NCBI GenBank assembly: GCA_000002445.1
Contig: CP000068.1
Location: 1,280,001 to 1,344,000 of the forward strand
Source: Trypanosoma brucei
Taxonomy: Eukaryota
Direction: 5' to 3'
DNA: 64,000 nucleotides
In this document: positions 61,256 through 64,000 of the stretch, piece by piece
How positions within the stretch are numbered: the first letter of the stretch is position 1
Layout: every line of letters starts with the position of its first letter
Notes under the pieces: model-generated
What the model saw: only the letters and a program-made list of their open reading frames with translations
Told to the model about the DNA's origin: nothing
Databases searched by the model: none
Translations under genes and position numbers: made by a program

Positions 61256-64000
61256 ATGGAGAATAGTCCCGTGCCGTGTATCAACCAGTTTCGCTGCCGC
61301 CTTACCATGTCATCGTTGTCGCTACTTTTGGTGTTTCTTGTGGTGGTTATGCCGCCGGTGGAAGCTTTGGATAATATAACGGTAAAGGTTTACTCACTTC
61401 TGTATCACCCTTTTGTTGGGAGGAGACTAATCGATTCTATGAATGCCGGTTTCAACGCGTCAATGGCAGCCCGTCAATGGACCGTTGCCCCAGGCATCAA
61501 TGTTGAAGTTATCCACCCTGCATCGTATAGAATTCCGGGTCCGAGGTTCTTGCAGAGGGCAATAAATGATAACAAGGATGAATTCTTTGTTGTGGTGGGA
61601 CCGATGGGTGACGGTCAGTTGGCTGCCTCTCGTTCATTCTTGCAGAAGGAAAATTTGGTTGCATTTGCTCCATCCACTGGGGCAAGCTCTGTGCGCGGTT
61701 GGAGTCCCAACATCTACTTCCTGCGTGTGTCACCCACTGTCGAGCTTATTGCATTGATGCGTTTTGCTGTAACTCACCTGCGTTTACTACGGATCGGCTT
61801 CATGTACCTGCAGGGTCTCACCTTTGGGGATAGTGAATATGAGGTGGCCATAAAACTAATGTCTCATTTGGGACGCGAGTTATGTGGTGTTTTCACAGTG
61901 GCAAGCTCGCATGGCAAAGGTGCAGCTGACTCCGATTTTGATGCCGTGTGGGACAAGTTCGTGGTGACCCGTCCACAGGGTGTGATCATGTTTGCTCCAC
62001 CAGCAAAAGATGTGGTAAGATTTGTAGTAAAGATGCTGAATGACAGTCGTACCCAAGACGCCTACTTTCTTGCTTCTTCGGTACTCGAATTGACAATTGC
62101 CTCTTGGAGCGGCAATATTGAGGCAGCCAATACAGCACTTGATCTCGGGCAGATTGTGCTCTCGCGCACGAATCCGCTGGCGACGGACACACAATACCAA
62201 GCAATCAGGCGTTTTCAGGACGATGCGAGATCATACCTGAGTGCTAATCCGGGCGTAACTCTCTTCAGCGGCGCAGACGACTTCGAGCATCATTATGTGG
62301 ATGGGAAGCTTATGGTGTATGGGTGGATCGTTGGTGAGGTGCTGTCACAGGCCCTGAGGAGTCGTGCCTGGATTAAGGACAGGGAGACCTTCAAGAAGTC
62401 TCTGTATAGTCAACGTCGGTACGTCGTCGATGAGCTTGTGTTTGGTGACTTTGGTGGTGAGTGTGAGGGTACAGCAGGTAAGCGCGGTGCTGTGTGTAAC
62501 TGTAATCAGGGAGGAAACGTAGTGTACATCAACGTTGCTAGGAGGGATAATGTCTTGGAGGTGATACATGATGGACAGGTAGTTGTCGATTCATCACTCT
62601 GTTACCACGACGAGGTTCGGTTGCATTCCCCTGTGAATGGTTTATTGGTATTCATGCAGGATGATCCGGTTGCGCAAAATGCGGCTGAGGAAATATATGA
62701 TGGCGCCATTCCTCTCACTGGTGATGGCCGTCTGGGGCGAACTGATCGTTTTTTCTTACATATGCTGACATCAGAAACGGCTGAAGCATCCTCAGAGTTA
62801 GAGTCAGAATTGGGCACCAGGGCAGTGACGGCTGTGTTTGGAGTTGCCGATGATGCTATGCTATCCCTACAAACTACTGCTTTCATTGACCCCATCTCTC
62901 TCCTCCCGGGGTTACCTCATAGAGGGAGGAAAGTTATTTACCTATCTCCGACACTGGAGCAGCAGCTATTCGCGCTGGTAAAATATTTTGTCGGGTCAGG
63001 TTCTACGGTAGTGCACGCTGTCGTCTGCCGTGGTGATGTGGTTTCGATTGAAAGATTGCTTTATCTGATGTTGATGACTTTTGGCGGGCACATGGGAACA
63101 GTGGTAGGGCCTGATAGCAGTACAGATCTGGAAGGTTCGATGCCAGAAACCGGTGATGTGCTTGTCATAGGCCTGTCCAAGGACGACGTTGCCGTGGTAG
63201 CGTCTCACCTGGATCGTAACCCGGATGTTCGTGTCGCTGTCCTGTTCTTTGACGTAGCCCTACTATACATTGAGTTTGTCAAAGCTTTCAAGAGCAGTTC
63301 AAGCGGTGGTCGGCTTCTTTTTGCAACGAGTCTGCCTCACTGGGCAGAGGCTAACTCGACTTCGGCTACTGTACAGAAGTTTCACGCGGCAGTGCCTGAT
63401 TCGCCACGGTGGACACCTTTGTCACTGCTTGGTTTCGCGACCGGAAGATTCATTCAAACGCTGCTCTTTCATATGGACAAAGTGACACCGGATTCTATAA
63501 TCAATGCAATATATACTCTCTCGGTCGTAAACAGCGACGACATGCGGTATGGTCCGTTCGTGGAGGAGCGATGCCCTTCAACCAAAGATGCGCCGGAGGG
63601 CGGCGACCACTTCTGTGGTAAGAATTATGGTGCGAGGCGACTTTCTGTGTGGTCGATGGACCGTGCGCTGAACGCTTCGGTGGCACCGCTGACATCGGGC
63701 GCAACGCCGTCTTTGGTGTACATAGACCCGTATTCGAAGGTGTTGTCAGGCGGCCGACTTGCCGGTGTCATCGTTGGAGTTCTTTTCATTTTACTGTTGC
63801 TTGTTGCTCTTTTGCTAGTGCTTCTTTGTCTGCGCCGCAGCGCACGCGACAATGACAGCGCGCCCAAGGAGCCAGCGGACCCTGTGACGCTAATTTTTAC
63901 AGATGTAGAAAGCAGTACTGCACAATGGGCAGCACATCCCGAGCTGATGCCCGATGCTGTGGCCGCGCATCACCGTTTGATTCGCTCGCTAATCACCCAC
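61256..64000 (+). CDS. GRESAG4: receptor-type adenylate cyclase GRESAG4 (N-terminal extracellular domain, TM helix and start of catalytic domain; CDS continues past right edge). An alternative start at 61307 gives an N-terminal signal peptide MSSLSLLLVFLVVVMPPVEA.
   Basis: My own plus-strand translation is open from 61202/61256 to position 64000 without a stop, so it is absent from the ORF track. It has a hydrophobic signal peptide, a large extracellular domain, a single TM segment (GRLAGVIVGVLFILLLLVALLLVLLCL, ~63760-63830) and then TLIFTDVESSTAQWAAHPELMPDAVAAHHRLIRSLITH. This last stretch is the conserved start of the trypanosome class III cyclase catalytic domain. Confidence 0.9.
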   Translation, partial: MENSPVPCINQFRCRLTMSSLSLLLVFLVVVMPPVEALDNITVKVYSLLYHPFVGRRLIDSMNAGFNASMAARQWTVAPGINVEVIHPASYRIPGPRFLQRAINDNKDEFFVVVGPMGDGQLAASRSFLQKENLVAFAPSTGASSVRGWSPNIYFLRVSPTVELIALMRFAVTHLRLLRIGFMYLQGLTFGDSEYEVAIKLMSHLGRELCGVFTVASSHGKGAADSDFDAVWDKFVVTRPQGVIMFAPPAKDVVRFVVKMLNDSRTQDAYFLASSVLELTIASWSGNIEAANTALDLGQIVLSRTNPLATDTQYQAIRRFQDDARSYLSANPGVTLFSGADDFEHHYVDGKLMVYGWIVGEVLSQALRSRAWIKDRETFKKSLYSQRRYVVDELVFGDFGGECEGTAGKRGAVCNCNQGGNVVYINVARRDNVLEVIHDGQVVVDSSLCYHDEVRLHSPVNGLLVFMQDDPVAQNAAEEIYDGAIPLTGDGRLGRTDRFFLHMLTSETAEASSELESELGTRAVTAVFGVADDAMLSLQTTAFIDPISLLPGLPHRGRKVIYLSPTLEQQLFALVKYFVGSGSTVVHAVVCRGDVVSIERLLYLMLMTFGGHMGTVVGPDSSTDLEGSMPETGDVLVIGLSKDDVAVVASHLDRNPDVRVAVLFFDVALLYIEFVKAFKSSSSGGRLLFATSLPHWAEANSTSATVQKFHAAVPDSPRWTPLSLLGFATGRFIQTLLFHMDKVTPDSIINAIYTLSVVNSDDMRYGPFVEERCPSTKDAPEGGDHFCGKNYGARRLSVWSMDRALNASVAPLTSGATPSLVYIDPYSKVLSGGRLAGVIVGVLFILLLLVALLLVLLCLRRSARDNDSAPKEPADPVTLIFTDVESSTAQWAAHPELMPDAVAAHHRLIRSLITH

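Noticed and set aside
1-64000. Prokaryote-style features: CRISPR arrays, operons, Shine-Dalgarno or promoter -10/-35 boxes, rho-independent terminators
   Set aside because: Sequence architecture is kinetoplastid nuclear: polycistronic same-strand genes separated by polypyrimidine tracts, intron-less eukaryotic protein families, and a GRESAG4 gene. No direct-repeat/spacer arrays were seen.

Overview
This window is nuclear DNA from a trypanosomatid. The GRESAG4 receptor-type adenylate cyclase at the right edge, the homopurine/homopyrimidine intergenic tracts and the intron-less head-to-tail genes point to Trypanosoma brucei. From memory the gene neighbourhood (FIP1, MVP, SAR1, an ELO elongase, GRESAG4) resembles chromosome 5, but I cannot verify that here.

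Layout. Positions 1-51644 are the start of a long minus-strand polycistronic unit of about 27 head-to-tail genes, transcribed right to left. Its first gene is the ELO elongase at 50880-51644. From 61256 a plus-strand unit begins with GRESAG4. Between them, 51645-61255 is a gene-free divergent strand-switch region of about 9.6 kb, which is a presumptive RNA polymerase II transcription start region.

What I looked for and did not find: no tRNA or rRNA genes, no CRISPR array and no intact mobile element.

ORF-track corrections. Two CDSs are absent from the supplied track because they are truncated by the window edges: a Dbp4/DDX10-like DEAD-box helicase at 1-579 (minus) and GRESAG4 at 61256-64000 (plus). 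Several track ORFs carry spurious N-terminal extensions that translate upstream polypyrimidine tracts, and I trimmed these to the internal Met that homologues use.

Most interesting observations:
- The strand-switch region shows mirror-image G+T strand skew. It contains a GC-rich island with a degenerate, frameshifted ORF and a perfectly palindromic (CA)5(TA)7(TG)5 microsatellite.
- A coiled-coil protein at 40576-43113 carries a clearly recognisable but catalytically degenerate class III cyclase homology domain (a pseudo-cyclase), about 18 kb from the true receptor cyclase.
- The FIP1-like polyadenylation factor has a CCCH finger plus about 16 His and 8 Gln encoded by pure trinucleotide repeats.
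- There is a 3.3 kb gene-free low-complexity interval at 19914-23262.
- The oligopeptidase B-like peptidase is unusually expanded.
- Several small strand-consistent ORFs of unknown function lie within the minus-strand unit.
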